This document shows, in pieces, positions 8,102-16,453 of a stretch of 32,000 nucleotides of DNA. A program made the position numbers and the translations under genes. This stretch comes from Rhodobacter capsulatus SB 1003 (GTDB taxonomy: Bacteria > Pseudomonadota > Alphaproteobacteria > Rhodobacterales > Rhodobacteraceae), in NCBI RefSeq assembly GCF_000021865.1, contig NC_014034.1, positions 1,440,001 to 1,472,000 on the forward strand, given 5' to 3'. Position 1 is the first letter of the stretch. Each line of letters begins with the position of its first letter. The notes beneath the pieces were generated by a model. The model was not told the origin of the DNA. It saw nothing but the letters and a program-made list of their open reading frames with translations, and searched no databases.

Positions 8102-8188
8102 GGCCGATCCGAAGCGGAAAGCTGGAGAGAATTCGATGCGCTCTTTGACATTGCGAAAATCTTGCTGGATCAAGGATCTGCAGGAAGA
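8102..8188 (+). promoter_or_regulatory. CRISPR leader remnant between the cas2e stop and the first repeat
   Basis: 87 nt, lower GC than the surroundings (attcgatgcgctctttgacattgcgaaaatcttgctgg), in the canonical I-E leader position. Confidence 0.5.
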
Positions 8189-8278
8189 CTGTTCCCCGCC
8201 AATGCGGGGATGAACCGGTCGGCGCATCGATCATCGCGCAGACACGCAGCTGTTTGCCGACATGGCCACGGATCAAAG
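8189..8278 (+). CRISPR. type I-E mini-array: 29-nt repeat, 32-nt spacer, degenerate terminal repeat
   Basis: The repeat ctgttccccgccaatgcggggatgaaccg (8189..8217) has the I-E signature. The spacer gtcggcgcatcgatcatcgcgcagacacgcag (8218..8249) is exactly 32 nt. The terminal repeat ctgtttgccgacatggccacggatcaaag (8250..8278) shares about half its positions. Confidence 0.75.
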
Positions 8279-8290
8279 GGCGACGACACG

Positions 8291-8514
8291 TGATGTGATC
8301 CTTTTTGATGTGCCAACGGCGGCGATTGATCTGTTTTGAGGGATCAACGCCTGTGCAGAGGCGGGTTTTGATCTGCATAAACCAATCAGTTCCGCCAGAT
8401 GATCTGTCAGGACAGATCGCATGTTTCCCGAGACCGGGGAAATCGCAGCCCGGTTCCGGGCGGCCCCGCGCGCAAGGGGGTTCGTCAGCGCGAGTTGTCC
8501 GCGCGGGCCGGGGG
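8291..8514 (+). repeat. dispersed repeat copy B (CRISPR trailer / hipB-like promoter and 5-prime coding region)
   Basis: Paralog of 2220..2444. Both palindromes (TTGATC-N10-GATCAA and GATCTGTCAGGACAGATC) are conserved. Confidence 0.85.
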
Positions 8515-8520
8515 GCACGC
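8421..8520 (+). pseudogene. second hipB-like HTH gene relic, frameshifted and truncated
   Basis: ATG 8421 encodes MFPETGEIAARFRAA, then a 1-nt deletion relative to copy A breaks the frame (expected ...ARKGVRQRELSARAG). No hipA-like sequence follows; the pirin gene end is at 8621. Confidence 0.5.
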
Positions 8521-8620
8521 GTGCATATGGAGGATGTCGCGCAGGTGATCGGCGACGAGGGCCGCGATGCGGCAGCCCCCGGGAGATGGGCGGCAGCACC
8601 GCGGCAGGCCGCAGGCCCCC

Positions 8621-9529
8621 TCAGCCGTGCTTGATGAAGGTGCCGTTGTTCAGCTCGCGCAGGGCCTGACGCAGTTCCTCCTGCGTGTTCATCACGATCG
8701 GCCCGTGCCAGGCGACGGGTTCCTGAATCGGGCGGCCGGTCATCAGCAGGAACCGGATCCCCGCGTCGCCCGCCTGAACGGTGATCTCGTCCCCCGCGCC
8801 GAACCGGACAAGGGTGCGGTTGCCGGTGCGGTTGCGCAGGGTCAGCTCCTGGCCGCGAAATTCCTTCTCGACCTGGATGCCCACCGGATCGGCTGCATCG
8901 CGAAACGTCCCCGATCCGGCAAAGACATAGGCCAGCGCATTGGCGCGGGTGTCGATGGGCAGCACCTTGCGCCGCCCCGGCGGAATGGACACATCGAGCA
9001 GCATCGGATTGGCCGCGATCCCGTCGACCGGGCCGGTCTTGCCCCAGAAAGACCCGATGATCACCTTGACGGTGGTGCCGTCGTCGTCGCCCTCGATCGG
9101 AATGTCGCCCGCCGCCACGTCCTGATAGCGCGGCGCGGTCATCTTCAGCGCGGCGGGCAGGTTCGCCCAAAGCTGAAAGCCGTGCATCTTTCCCTCGGCA
9201 TTGCCGAAGGGCATTTCCTGATGCACGATGCCCGAGCCCGCCGTCATCCATTGCACGCCGCCCGCGCCAAGGAGCCCCCGGTTGCCCAGCGAATCCGCGT
9301 GTTCCACCTGGCCCTCAAGCACATAGGTGATCGTCTCGATGCCGCGGTGCGGATGCCAGGGAAAGCCCTTGGCATAAAACCGCGGATCGTCGTTGCGGAA
9401 ATCGTCCATCATCAGGAAGGGGTCGGTCAGCGCCGGATCGCCAAAGCCGAAGACGCGTTGCAGATGCACGCCTGCGCCCTCGATGGCGGGCTGTGCGGTG
9501 CTGGTGGCAAGAACGGGTCTGAAGGTCAT
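8621..9529 (-). CDS. pirin-family protein (bicupin)
   Basis: 302 aa from MTFRPVLATSTAQPAIEGAGVHLQRVFGF...GFPWHPHRGIETITYVLEGQVEHADSLGN...GGVQWMTAGSGIVHQEMP. GGGAG precedes the ATG at 9529. Confidence 0.9.
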   Translation of the reverse strand: MTFRPVLATSTAQPAIEGAGVHLQRVFGFGDPALTDPFLMMDDFRNDDPRFYAKGFPWHPHRGIETITYVLEGQVEHADSLGNRGLLGAGGVQWMTAGSGIVHQEMPFGNAEGKMHGFQLWANLPAALKMTAPRYQDVAAGDIPIEGDDDGTTVKVIIGSFWGKTGPVDGIAANPMLLDVSIPPGRRKVLPIDTRANALAYVFAGSGTFRDAADPVGIQVEKEFRGQELTLRNRTGNRTLVRFGAGDEITVQAGDAGIRFLLMTGRPIQEPVAWHGPIVMNTQEELRQALRELNNGTFIKHG

Positions 9530-9679
9530 CGGCGGCTCCCTGGTTCGATGCGCCCAATCTGGCCCGGCGCCGGGAAATTGGAATGGGCGAAGATCCGGCA
9601 TTCCCTGTGCGCAGATGCGCAGATATCACGGGGCTGTCGGGCAGACCTTCCGCACGGCGCATCGATCAAGGAGAAACGC

Positions 9680-10282
9680 GTGTCCCTTCCCGCAGGCCCG
9701 TTCCGCTTCATCGCGCTTGATGTCGAAACCGCCAATGCCGATGCTGCGAGCCTGTGCCAGATCGGGCTGGCCTGCGTCCGGCATGACGGCGCCATCGAGG
9801 TGTTCAGCACGCTGATCGACCCGCGCCAGCCCTTTGCGCCCTTCAATGTGGCGCTGCATGGCATCGGCCCGGCCAAGGTGCGCGGGGCGCCGAGCTTCCC
9901 CGAGGTGCTGGCCCGGATCGCGCCGTTGCTGGCGCCGCAGATCGTCATTCAGCACAGCCCCTTCGACCGCGGCGCGATCCATCGGGCCTGTCACGCCCAT
10001 GATCTGCCCGAACCGGGCTGGCACTGGGCCGACAGCGTGCAGATCGCCCGCCGTGCCTGGCCCGAGTTTTCCGGCAATGGCGGGCACGGGCTTGCCCATC
10101 TCAAACAGGCGCTGGGGCTTGAGTTCACGCATCACGACGCGGGCGAGGATGCGAAGGCCGCCGCGATGGTGGTTCTGCGCGCCGAGGCGCAGACCGGGCT
10201 GCGGCTGGAGGAGCTGATCGCCCCCGCCCGCCGCGCCCGCCCCCGCCGGGTCGCCGCGGCTTTGGTGCGCCCCCGCACATGA
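9680..10282 (+). CDS. DEDDh 3-prime-5-prime exonuclease (DnaQ/epsilon-like domain protein)
   Basis: GTG 9680 is preceded by AAGGAG. Motifs are FIALDVETAN (ExoI), HSPFDRGAI (ExoII) and HHDAGEDAKAAA (ExoIII). Confidence 0.8.
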   Translation: MSLPAGPFRFIALDVETANADAASLCQIGLACVRHDGAIEVFSTLIDPRQPFAPFNVALHGIGPAKVRGAPSFPEVLARIAPLLAPQIVIQHSPFDRGAIHRACHAHDLPEPGWHWADSVQIARRAWPEFSGNGGHGLAHLKQALGLEFTHHDAGEDAKAAAMVVLRAEAQTGLRLEELIAPARRARPRRVAAALVRPRT

Positions 10283-10355
10283 CCCGCGCGCGGCGCGGCG
10301 CAGACAGGGGCGAAACCCGCCCTATATCTCCCTCATCCCGCAACAGGAGGCACGG

Positions 10356-11306
10356 ATGAGCTGGAACCCCACGCAAGCACATGACGCCCCCGGCCTTGGC
10401 CCCGTCGAGACCCTGATCATCCCGCGCGCCCGCGACATCGGCGGCTTCGAGGTCAAGCGCGCGCTGCCCGCCCCCAAGCGGCAGATGGTCGGTCCGTTCA
10501 TCTTCTTCGATCAGGTCGGCCCGGCGGAATTCCTCACCGGCGGCGGTATCGACATTCGTCCCCATCCGCATATCGGCCTGGCCACCGTCACCTATCTTTA
10601 CAAGGGCGCGTTCGAGCACCGCGACAGCACCGGCGCGCATCAGATCGTGCATCCGGGCGCGGTGAACTGGATGATCGCGGGGAGTGGCGTCACCCATTCC
10701 GAACGCACGAGCCGTGAGATGCGGGCCCGTCCCGGATCGCTTTTCGGCATCCAGACCTGGGTGGCGCTCCCCGAAGCCGAGGAGGACCGCGCCGCCAGTT
10801 TCGAGCATCACGGCAAGGCGGCGCTGCCCTTTCTGGAAGACGAGGGCAAAGAGGTGCGGCTGATCCTGGGCCAGGCCTGGGGGGCGCGGGCGCCGGTGAA
10901 GACCTTCTCCGAGACCTTCTATGCCGATGTCGTTCTGGCCCCGGGCGCGCAGTTGCCCCTGCCCGACGAGCACGAAGACCGCGGCGTTTATGTGGTCGAG
11001 GGATCGGTCACCGTGGCGGGGGACAGCTTCGAGGCCGGGCGGATGATGGTGTTTCGCCCCGGCGACCGGATCAGCCTGAGCGCCGGGCCGCAGGGCGCGC
11101 GGCTGATGGCCCTGGGCGGCGCGACGCTGAACGGGCCGCGCTATGTGTCGTGGAATTTCGTCGCCTCCTCGCGCGAGAAGATCGAGGCCGCGAAAGAGGC
11201 CTGGGTCAAGGGCGACTTCGAGCATGGCCGGTTCCGCCTGCCGCCCGGTGACGGCGCCGAATTCATCCCGCTGCCCGAGGCGCTGCAGCCGAAAGCCGCG
11301 CCCTGA
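10356..11306 (+). CDS. pirin-family protein (YhhW/quercetinase-like)
   Basis: 316 aa with ...RPHPHIGLATVTYLYKGAFEHRDSTGA...GAVNWMIAGSGVTHSER... AGGAGG is the RBS. Confidence 0.9.
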   Translation: MSWNPTQAHDAPGLGPVETLIIPRARDIGGFEVKRALPAPKRQMVGPFIFFDQVGPAEFLTGGGIDIRPHPHIGLATVTYLYKGAFEHRDSTGAHQIVHPGAVNWMIAGSGVTHSERTSREMRARPGSLFGIQTWVALPEAEEDRAASFEHHGKAALPFLEDEGKEVRLILGQAWGARAPVKTFSETFYADVVLAPGAQLPLPDEHEDRGVYVVEGSVTVAGDSFEAGRMMVFRPGDRISLSAGPQGARLMALGGATLNGPRYVSWNFVASSREKIEAAKEAWVKGDFEHGRFRLPPGDGAEFIPLPEALQPKAAP

Positions 11307-11444
11307 GGCCGTGACCGCGCAGGGCATCGCGCGGAAATCGCCGCGCCGCTGGCCTTCGGCACATCGAGCGCATCGCCGCCTTGGGAAAGGTGTCAGGCCA
11401 TTTCCAGCCCGCCCGCGGACCCCGCCCGGGATCGCGGCAAGCCG

Positions 11445-13073
11445 TCAGAACAGGATCGAATCCAACGTGTCCTGCGGCGCGGCAGCGGCAAGTTCGGCCG
11501 CGCCGAAACCCGCCGCCTCGAGCGGCAGCCCCATCACCTCGGCATGGATTTCGCGTTCGCGGTCCATCGTGTAGATCGGCGAAATCTCGTCCAGACAGGA
11601 CAGATCCGGCGTCGCCCCAAGCCCCTCTTGCAGCAGCGCGCCCAAGGCCTCGATGCGCAGGATCGTCTGCACCAGGGCCGAGGTCATCTGCCGGCCCGAA
11701 ACCGCCAGCCGCGCCAGCGCCGCGGTTTCCGTCCGCGTCTCGTCTTCCAGCCGCGACAGCAGCCCCTGACGCGTCCGCGCCTGCTCCAGCCCCGTCGCGA
11801 TCTGCCCCAGATCGCCCTCAAGCCGGTTCATCCCGTCCTGCAGCGCCGAAAATTCCCCGGTGTCGAAGCTTTTGCGCAGCTGATCCAGCGTGCGCCCGGT
11901 ATCGGCAAAGGTCTTGAGCGCCTGTTGCGCCGTCTCCTTCACCGACATCGCGATATAGGTCAGCTCCTTCTGCCCGACCTCGGCCCGGGCCGCTTCGAGA
12001 TGCGAGTTCACTCCGGCCAGCCCGATCGTCTGGCCGATGCCCGCCAGATTGTCGAGCCGCTGATGCAGCAGGTCGATCTGCCCCTCGAACCCGGCCGAAC
12101 GGGCGATGATCCCCTGCAGCATCGGCATCACCGTGCCCAGGGCCTCGTTCAGCTGGCCAAAGGCGCGGTCCTGCGCGGCCAGAAGCGGTTCCATCTCGGC
12201 GCGTTGCGCGGCAAGCTCGGCGACGAAGCTGTCGCCCAGCCCTTCGATGGTCTGGAAACTGTCGTCGAGCAGCGAGAGCACGTCGGCGGTGTCGCGTTCC
12301 AGCGCCTGCAGCTGCGCCGCGGCCAGCCGTTCAAAGGCCGCGCGCTCGGCCCCGGGGCCGCGCGCGGCGGCGCGGGCGAGGATGGTCTCGACATGTTCCA
12401 GCCGCTGCGCCGCCGAATCCGAAAACTGGAACGTGCCGACCAGACGGCCGATCACCTGTTCGATCCGGCCCGACAGCTCTTGCGCCTGCGCCGTGACCCG
12501 GTGCCGCCGCCCGGTCATCTGTGCCTGTCCGGCGACGATCGGCGCCAGGATCTCGGTCAGGCGGCGGGCGGCCGGGTCGAGGTGATCGGCGCCCTCGCGC
12601 GCGACGGCAAGGATGGCCTCGAAGGACTGGTCAAAGGCGTCCAGACCGCCTTGCGCCTGGGCCAGTTCGGTTTCGATCTGCGCCGAGACCCCCCGCAGGG
12701 CGCCGACGAAGGCGCTGAGCTGACCCGAGCGGCTGCGCGAGATCTGGATCGAGGTGATCGTGGCAAGGAACTGAAAGAAGATACGAATCCGCGTCAGCCC
12801 GTTCAGCAGCTTGCGGGTGTCGCGCAGCAGCGTGCGGCTGGTGCCATTGGTCATGCTGGCCGACCAGTGCCGCATCGCCTTGGCCAGATCGCCCGCCAGT
12901 TCCGGAATATGGGTGACGCCTGCGACCGGCTCCTGCTGCGCGGCGATCAGCGCGCCGGTGCGATCGTTCACCGTCAGCAGATGCCCGCGCACGTCGACCA
13001 GAACCGAAGACAGCGCGTCAAGCGACGCGATCATGTCGCGACGCACGGACTGCACGGAAGATAGCCTGTCCAT
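11445..13073 (-). CDS. soluble all-helical coiled-coil protein with a degenerate MCP signalling-tip motif (TlpC/IcpA-like candidate cytoplasmic chemoreceptor)
   Basis: 542 aa with no TM segment and Ala/Leu/Glu/Gln-rich heptad-like sequence. GLAGVNSHLEAARAEVGQKELTYIAMSVKETAQQ aligns with [34 protein letters not shown] of the MCP at 16454..18646. It is divergent from the che operon. The overlapping plus-strand ORF 11544..13064 is an Arg/Pro-rich artefact. Confidence 0.7.
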   Translation of the reverse strand: MDRLSSVQSVRRDMIASLDALSSVLVDVRGHLLTVNDRTGALIAAQQEPVAGVTHIPELAGDLAKAMRHWSASMTNGTSRTLLRDTRKLLNGLTRIRIFFQFLATITSIQISRSRSGQLSAFVGALRGVSAQIETELAQAQGGLDAFDQSFEAILAVAREGADHLDPAARRLTEILAPIVAGQAQMTGRRHRVTAQAQELSGRIEQVIGRLVGTFQFSDSAAQRLEHVETILARAAARGPGAERAAFERLAAAQLQALERDTADVLSLLDDSFQTIEGLGDSFVAELAAQRAEMEPLLAAQDRAFGQLNEALGTVMPMLQGIIARSAGFEGQIDLLHQRLDNLAGIGQTIGLAGVNSHLEAARAEVGQKELTYIAMSVKETAQQALKTFADTGRTLDQLRKSFDTGEFSALQDGMNRLEGDLGQIATGLEQARTRQGLLSRLEDETRTETAALARLAVSGRQMTSALVQTILRIEALGALLQEGLGATPDLSCLDEISPIYTMDREREIHAEVMGLPLEAAGFGAAELAAAAPQDTLDSILF

Positions 13074-13271
13074 TCCTGCCTGATCCTGCCTGACCCCGGG
13101 GTGGCGGCGATGTGCCGCGTCTGCAGGGCACTCTGGGCGAGGGGGATTAAGAAAATCTCTAGGCGCGCGACGAGATGCGAAGAATTGTCGGCACCCTTTG
13201 CCGCAAGGGATTTCGGCCCGTGGCGATTAACGGGGCGGAAACGGATCGGGCGTATCAGTGGCGCTTGAGAC

Positions 13272-13559
13272 ATGATGACGCGGAAAGAGGCTGACGTGAC
13301 AGACGACACAGTGCTGACCCTTGCGATCCCGGCCGATCTGACCATGGCCGACGCCGAAGCGTGCCGCCAGCGCCTTCTTGGCCTTCTTGCCGAGGGGGAG
13401 GGGGCGGTTCTGGTGCGATTTGAGGGCGAGGAACGCCTCGGCGTGGTGGCGATGCAACTGGCGCTGGCCGCCGTGGCCGCCGCCGATGCCGCGGGGCGGT
13501 CTGCACGGGTCGATGACGCCAGCCGCGATGCGCTCGAACAACTTGGATGGGAAGGCTGA
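13272..13559 (+). CDS. STAS-domain protein, first gene of the che operon (CheS/CheX-like accessory protein)
   Basis: 95 aa with an anti-sigma-antagonist-like pattern (LTLAIPADLTMADAEACRQRLLGLL...VLVRFEGEERLGVVAMQLALAA). Its position before cheY-cheA matches alphaproteobacterial che clusters. Confidence 0.6.
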   Translation: MMTRKEADVTDDTVLTLAIPADLTMADAEACRQRLLGLLAEGEGAVLVRFEGEERLGVVAMQLALAAVAAADAAGRSARVDDASRDALEQLGWEG

Positions 13560-13561
13560 GG

Positions 13562-13927
13562 ATGGCGAAAACGGTACTGACGATCGATGACAGCAAGGCG
13601 ATCCGCGACATGGTCTCCTTCACCCTCTCCGGGGTGGGCTACCGCGTGGTGGAGGCCGAAAACGGACTGGAGGGGCTGGCCAAGCTGAAAAGCGAGCCGG
13701 TGTCGCTGGTCGTGGTCGACCTCAACATGCCGGTGATGAACGGTTTCGAGTTCATTCGCAAGGCCCGGCAGGAGCCGAAGGGGTCGGGCGTGCCGATCCT
13801 GATGCTGACGACCGAGACGAAGCCCGAGGCGAAGGCCGAGGGCAAGGCGCTTGGCGCCACAGGCTGGCTGAACAAGCCTTTCGATGCCGCCATGCTGGTT
13901 GCCGTCGCGCGCAAGCTGGCCGGTTGA
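13562..13927 (+). CDS. cheY: chemotaxis response regulator CheY
   Basis: MAKTVLTIDDSKAIRDMV...VVDLNMPVMNGFEFIRK...ILMLTTE...GATGWLNKPF is a receiver domain. GGAAGG lies 8 nt upstream of ATG 13562; an alternative start is 13547. Confidence 0.9.
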   Translation: MAKTVLTIDDSKAIRDMVSFTLSGVGYRVVEAENGLEGLAKLKSEPVSLVVVDLNMPVMNGFEFIRKARQEPKGSGVPILMLTTETKPEAKAEGKALGATGWLNKPFDAAMLVAVARKLAG

Positions 13928-13946
13928 CGGACAGAAGGGACATCCG

Positions 13947-15938
13947 ATGAACCCCGCCGCCCAGAGTTACATTCACGAAGCCCGGGATCTGCTGACGCAG
14001 CTCGAGCAGATGCTGCTCGATCTCGAGACCGAGGCCTCGCCCGAGGCGATCGACTCGGTCTTTCGGGCCCTGCACACGCTCAAGGGCGGGGGGTCGATGT
14101 TCGGCTTTCCGGCCCTGTCCGCCTTCGTGCACCATTTCGAAGACGCTTTCGACCGCGTGCGCGAGGGCAAGATCGGCATTTCCAAGCCGCTGCTCGATGC
14201 GGCGCTGGAAGGCCGCGATCATGTGATCGCCCTGCTCGATGCCGGGGGCGACGAGGCCGCGACGGCAGAGCTGGTCGGCTCGGATCAGGCGCGGCGGATT
14301 CTGGCCGCGCTGGAAGGCGCCGTGGCCGGGGCCCCGCCCGCGGTGGTGCGCCTTGCCCGCTGGGAAGTGTCGTTCCGCCCCTCGAAAGGCGCTTTGCGCT
14401 GCGGCATGCGCCCGGATCTTTTGCTGGGGGAACTGCGTGACCTTGGCGCCTGCCGGGTCCGCTGCGATGTCTCCGACCTGCCGGCGCTGGAAAATCTGGA
14501 TCCGACGCAATCGCATCTGGGCTGGGTGGTCGAGCTGACGACGGCGCAGCCGCGTGCGGCGATCGAGTCGGTCTTCGTCTTTGCCGATGATGCCGATCCG
14601 CGCATCGTCGCCCTGGATCAGGAAGAGACCGCCGCCCCGGCCGCGCCGGTGGCGCAGCCCGCGGCCGAGACCCCCGCCGCCGCGGCCCCGACGCCTGCCG
14701 CCCCGACGTCGGCTCCGGCAGCGGCCCCGGCCCCGGCCCGTTCCGCACCGCGCGCCCAGACGATGGCGGGGCAGGACACCGTGCGCGTGCCCTCGGCCAA
14801 GCTCGATTCGATCCTCGACCAGCTCGGCGAGCTGGTGATCGCCCAGGCCCGGCTGAACCAGACCGCGGCGCGGCTGGGCGATTCGACGCTCGAAGGTCTG
14901 GTCGAAGAGGTGCATCGGCTGGTCACCGGCCTGCGTGACACCACGCTCTCGGTGCGGATGCTGCCGATCGAGACAGTTTTCGGCAAGTTCCGCCGCGTGG
15001 TCCGCGATCTGTCGACCGAACTGGGCAAGGATGTGGTGCTGGTCACCGACGGCGGCGAGACCGAGATCGACAAGAACGTGCTCGACCGGCTCAGCGAGCC
15101 TTTGGTGCACATGATCCGCAACTCGGCCGATCACGGCATCGAATCGGCGGCCGATCGTCTGGCAGCGGGCAAACCGGCGCAGGGCCGGGTGCGGCTGGCC
15201 GCGTCGCAGGATGCGGGCGAGATCGTCATCGTGATCGAGGACGACGGCCGCGGACTGGATCACGAAAAGATCCGGCTGAAGGCGATCGAACGCGGTCTGC
15301 TGGCCGCCGATGCCCGCCCGAGCGACTCGGCGCTGGCGCAGATGATCTTCGCGCCCGGCTTTTCCACCGCCGACAAGGTCTCGTCGGTCTCTGGCCGCGG
15401 CGTCGGCATGGATGCCGTCCTGTCGGCCATCACCGGGCTGCGCGGCACCGTCGAGGTGACCTCGCGCAAGGGCGAGGGCACGCGGCTGACGCTGCGCCTG
15501 CCGCTCAGCCTGGCGATCATCGACGGGCTGCTGGTGCGGCTGGGCCCCGATGTCTTCGTGCTGCCGCTGATCGCGGTCGAGGAATGCGTCGAATTCGACG
15601 TCACCGAACTGACGCGCAACAGCGGCCGGCGCATGCTGCGGATCCGCGAGCATCTGGTGCCCTTCGTCGATCTGGCCGATGCGCTGGAAGGCACGGTCGA
15701 AAACGACGGCCGCCGCCGCGTGGTGATCGTGCGCGCCGAGGGCGAACGGATGGGGCTCGTGGTCGATGACATCCTTGGCCAGCACCAGACGGTGATCAAG
15801 CCGATGAGCGCCTATCACGCCGATCTTGATGATTTCGCCGGGGCGACGATCCTCGCCGATGGCACGGTGGCGCTGATCCTGGATGTGGCGATGCTGCTGC
15901 GGCGTCTGGGCGGCATCAACATCGGCCTTGCGGCCTGA
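13947..15938 (+). CDS. cheA: chemotaxis histidine kinase CheA
   Basis: Contains HPt (FRALHTLKGGGSMFGF), an Ala/Pro linker, a dimerisation domain, HATPase (HMIRNSADHGIE...DDGRGLD...GRGVGMDAV) and a C-terminal CheW-like domain. The start is at MNPAAQSY, after GAAGGGA. Confidence 0.92.
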   Translation: MNPAAQSYIHEARDLLTQLEQMLLDLETEASPEAIDSVFRALHTLKGGGSMFGFPALSAFVHHFEDAFDRVREGKIGISKPLLDAALEGRDHVIALLDAGGDEAATAELVGSDQARRILAALEGAVAGAPPAVVRLARWEVSFRPSKGALRCGMRPDLLLGELRDLGACRVRCDVSDLPALENLDPTQSHLGWVVELTTAQPRAAIESVFVFADDADPRIVALDQEETAAPAAPVAQPAAETPAAAAPTPAAPTSAPAAAPAPARSAPRAQTMAGQDTVRVPSAKLDSILDQLGELVIAQARLNQTAARLGDSTLEGLVEEVHRLVTGLRDTTLSVRMLPIETVFGKFRRVVRDLSTELGKDVVLVTDGGETEIDKNVLDRLSEPLVHMIRNSADHGIESAADRLAAGKPAQGRVRLAASQDAGEIVIVIEDDGRGLDHEKIRLKAIERGLLAADARPSDSALAQMIFAPGFSTADKVSSVSGRGVGMDAVLSAITGLRGTVEVTSRKGEGTRLTLRLPLSLAIIDGLLVRLGPDVFVLPLIAVEECVEFDVTELTRNSGRRMLRIREHLVPFVDLADALEGTVENDGRRRVVIVRAEGERMGLVVDDILGQHQTVIKPMSAYHADLDDFAGATILADGTVALILDVAMLLRRLGGINIGLAA

Positions 15939-15949
15939 GGAGACCCCGG

Positions 15950-16432
15950 ATGACACATTCTTCCGCCGCGACCGTCCTTGCCGAGGACGAGACCAACTCC
16001 ATCGCCCTGATCATCCGCGTCTGCGGCGAGGCGCTGGCGATCCCGGTCACCCATGTGCACGAGGTCATCGACCCGATCCCGCGCACCCGGGTGCCCCGCG
16101 CCTCGGCCTTCGCGCCCTGGCTGATCAACGTGCGCGGCGCCGTGGTGCCGCTGGTCGATGTCCGGCAACGGCTGCGGATGCCGGTGCATGCCACCAACGA
16201 AGGCCGGGTGGTGGTGCTCGACATCACCCTTGGCGCCGAGTCCTTCCGCCTCGCCATGCTGGCCGACGAGGTCCAGGAAGTCGTCGACATCGATCCCTCC
16301 GCGATCGAATCGCTGCCGGAAAACGGCTCTCCCTGGCCTTCCAACTATGTCACCGGCGCGCTTCGGCGCGGCGACGACCTCATTCTCCTTCTCGATCCCG
16401 AAAACCTCTTCCGTCCCGAACAGGCGGCTTGA
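15950..16432 (+). CDS. cheW: chemotaxis coupling protein CheW
   Basis: 160 aa, single CheW domain (ALAIPVTHVHEVIDP...LINVRGAVVPLVDVRQRL). Confidence 0.9.
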   Translation: MTHSSAATVLAEDETNSIALIIRVCGEALAIPVTHVHEVIDPIPRTRVPRASAFAPWLINVRGAVVPLVDVRQRLRMPVHATNEGRVVVLDITLGAESFRLAMLADEVQEVVDIDPSAIESLPENGSPWPSNYVTGALRRGDDLILLLDPENLFRPEQAA

Positions 16433-16453
16433 ACCGAACAAAGTGAGACGACC

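Noticed and set aside
8218-8249. Possible self-targeting of the lone spacer: a 13-nt identity (gatcatcgcgcag) with acxB at 951..963
   Set aside because: The identity does not extend on either side (13 of 32 nt) and the shared string is GC-rich. It is most likely chance, and there is no interference machinery left anyway.
8085-9251. 388-aa minus-strand ORF overlapping the array, the trailer and the pirin gene
   Set aside because: It is out of frame with the clear pirin CDS (8621..9529), runs across the CRISPR repeats, and has Arg/Gly/Pro-rich composition.
11544-13064. 506-aa plus-strand ORF as an alternative to the coiled-coil gene
   Set aside because: The sequence is extremely Arg/Pro/Gln-rich with no domain signature. 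The minus-strand frame has normal composition, heptad-like periodicity and the MCP-tip motif.
13188-13201. Sigma-54-like element tcGGCACcctttGCc upstream of the che operon
   Set aside because: The GG-to-GC spacing is two nt shorter than in the TGGCAC-N5-TTGC consensus, so it does not fit the -24/-12 geometry.
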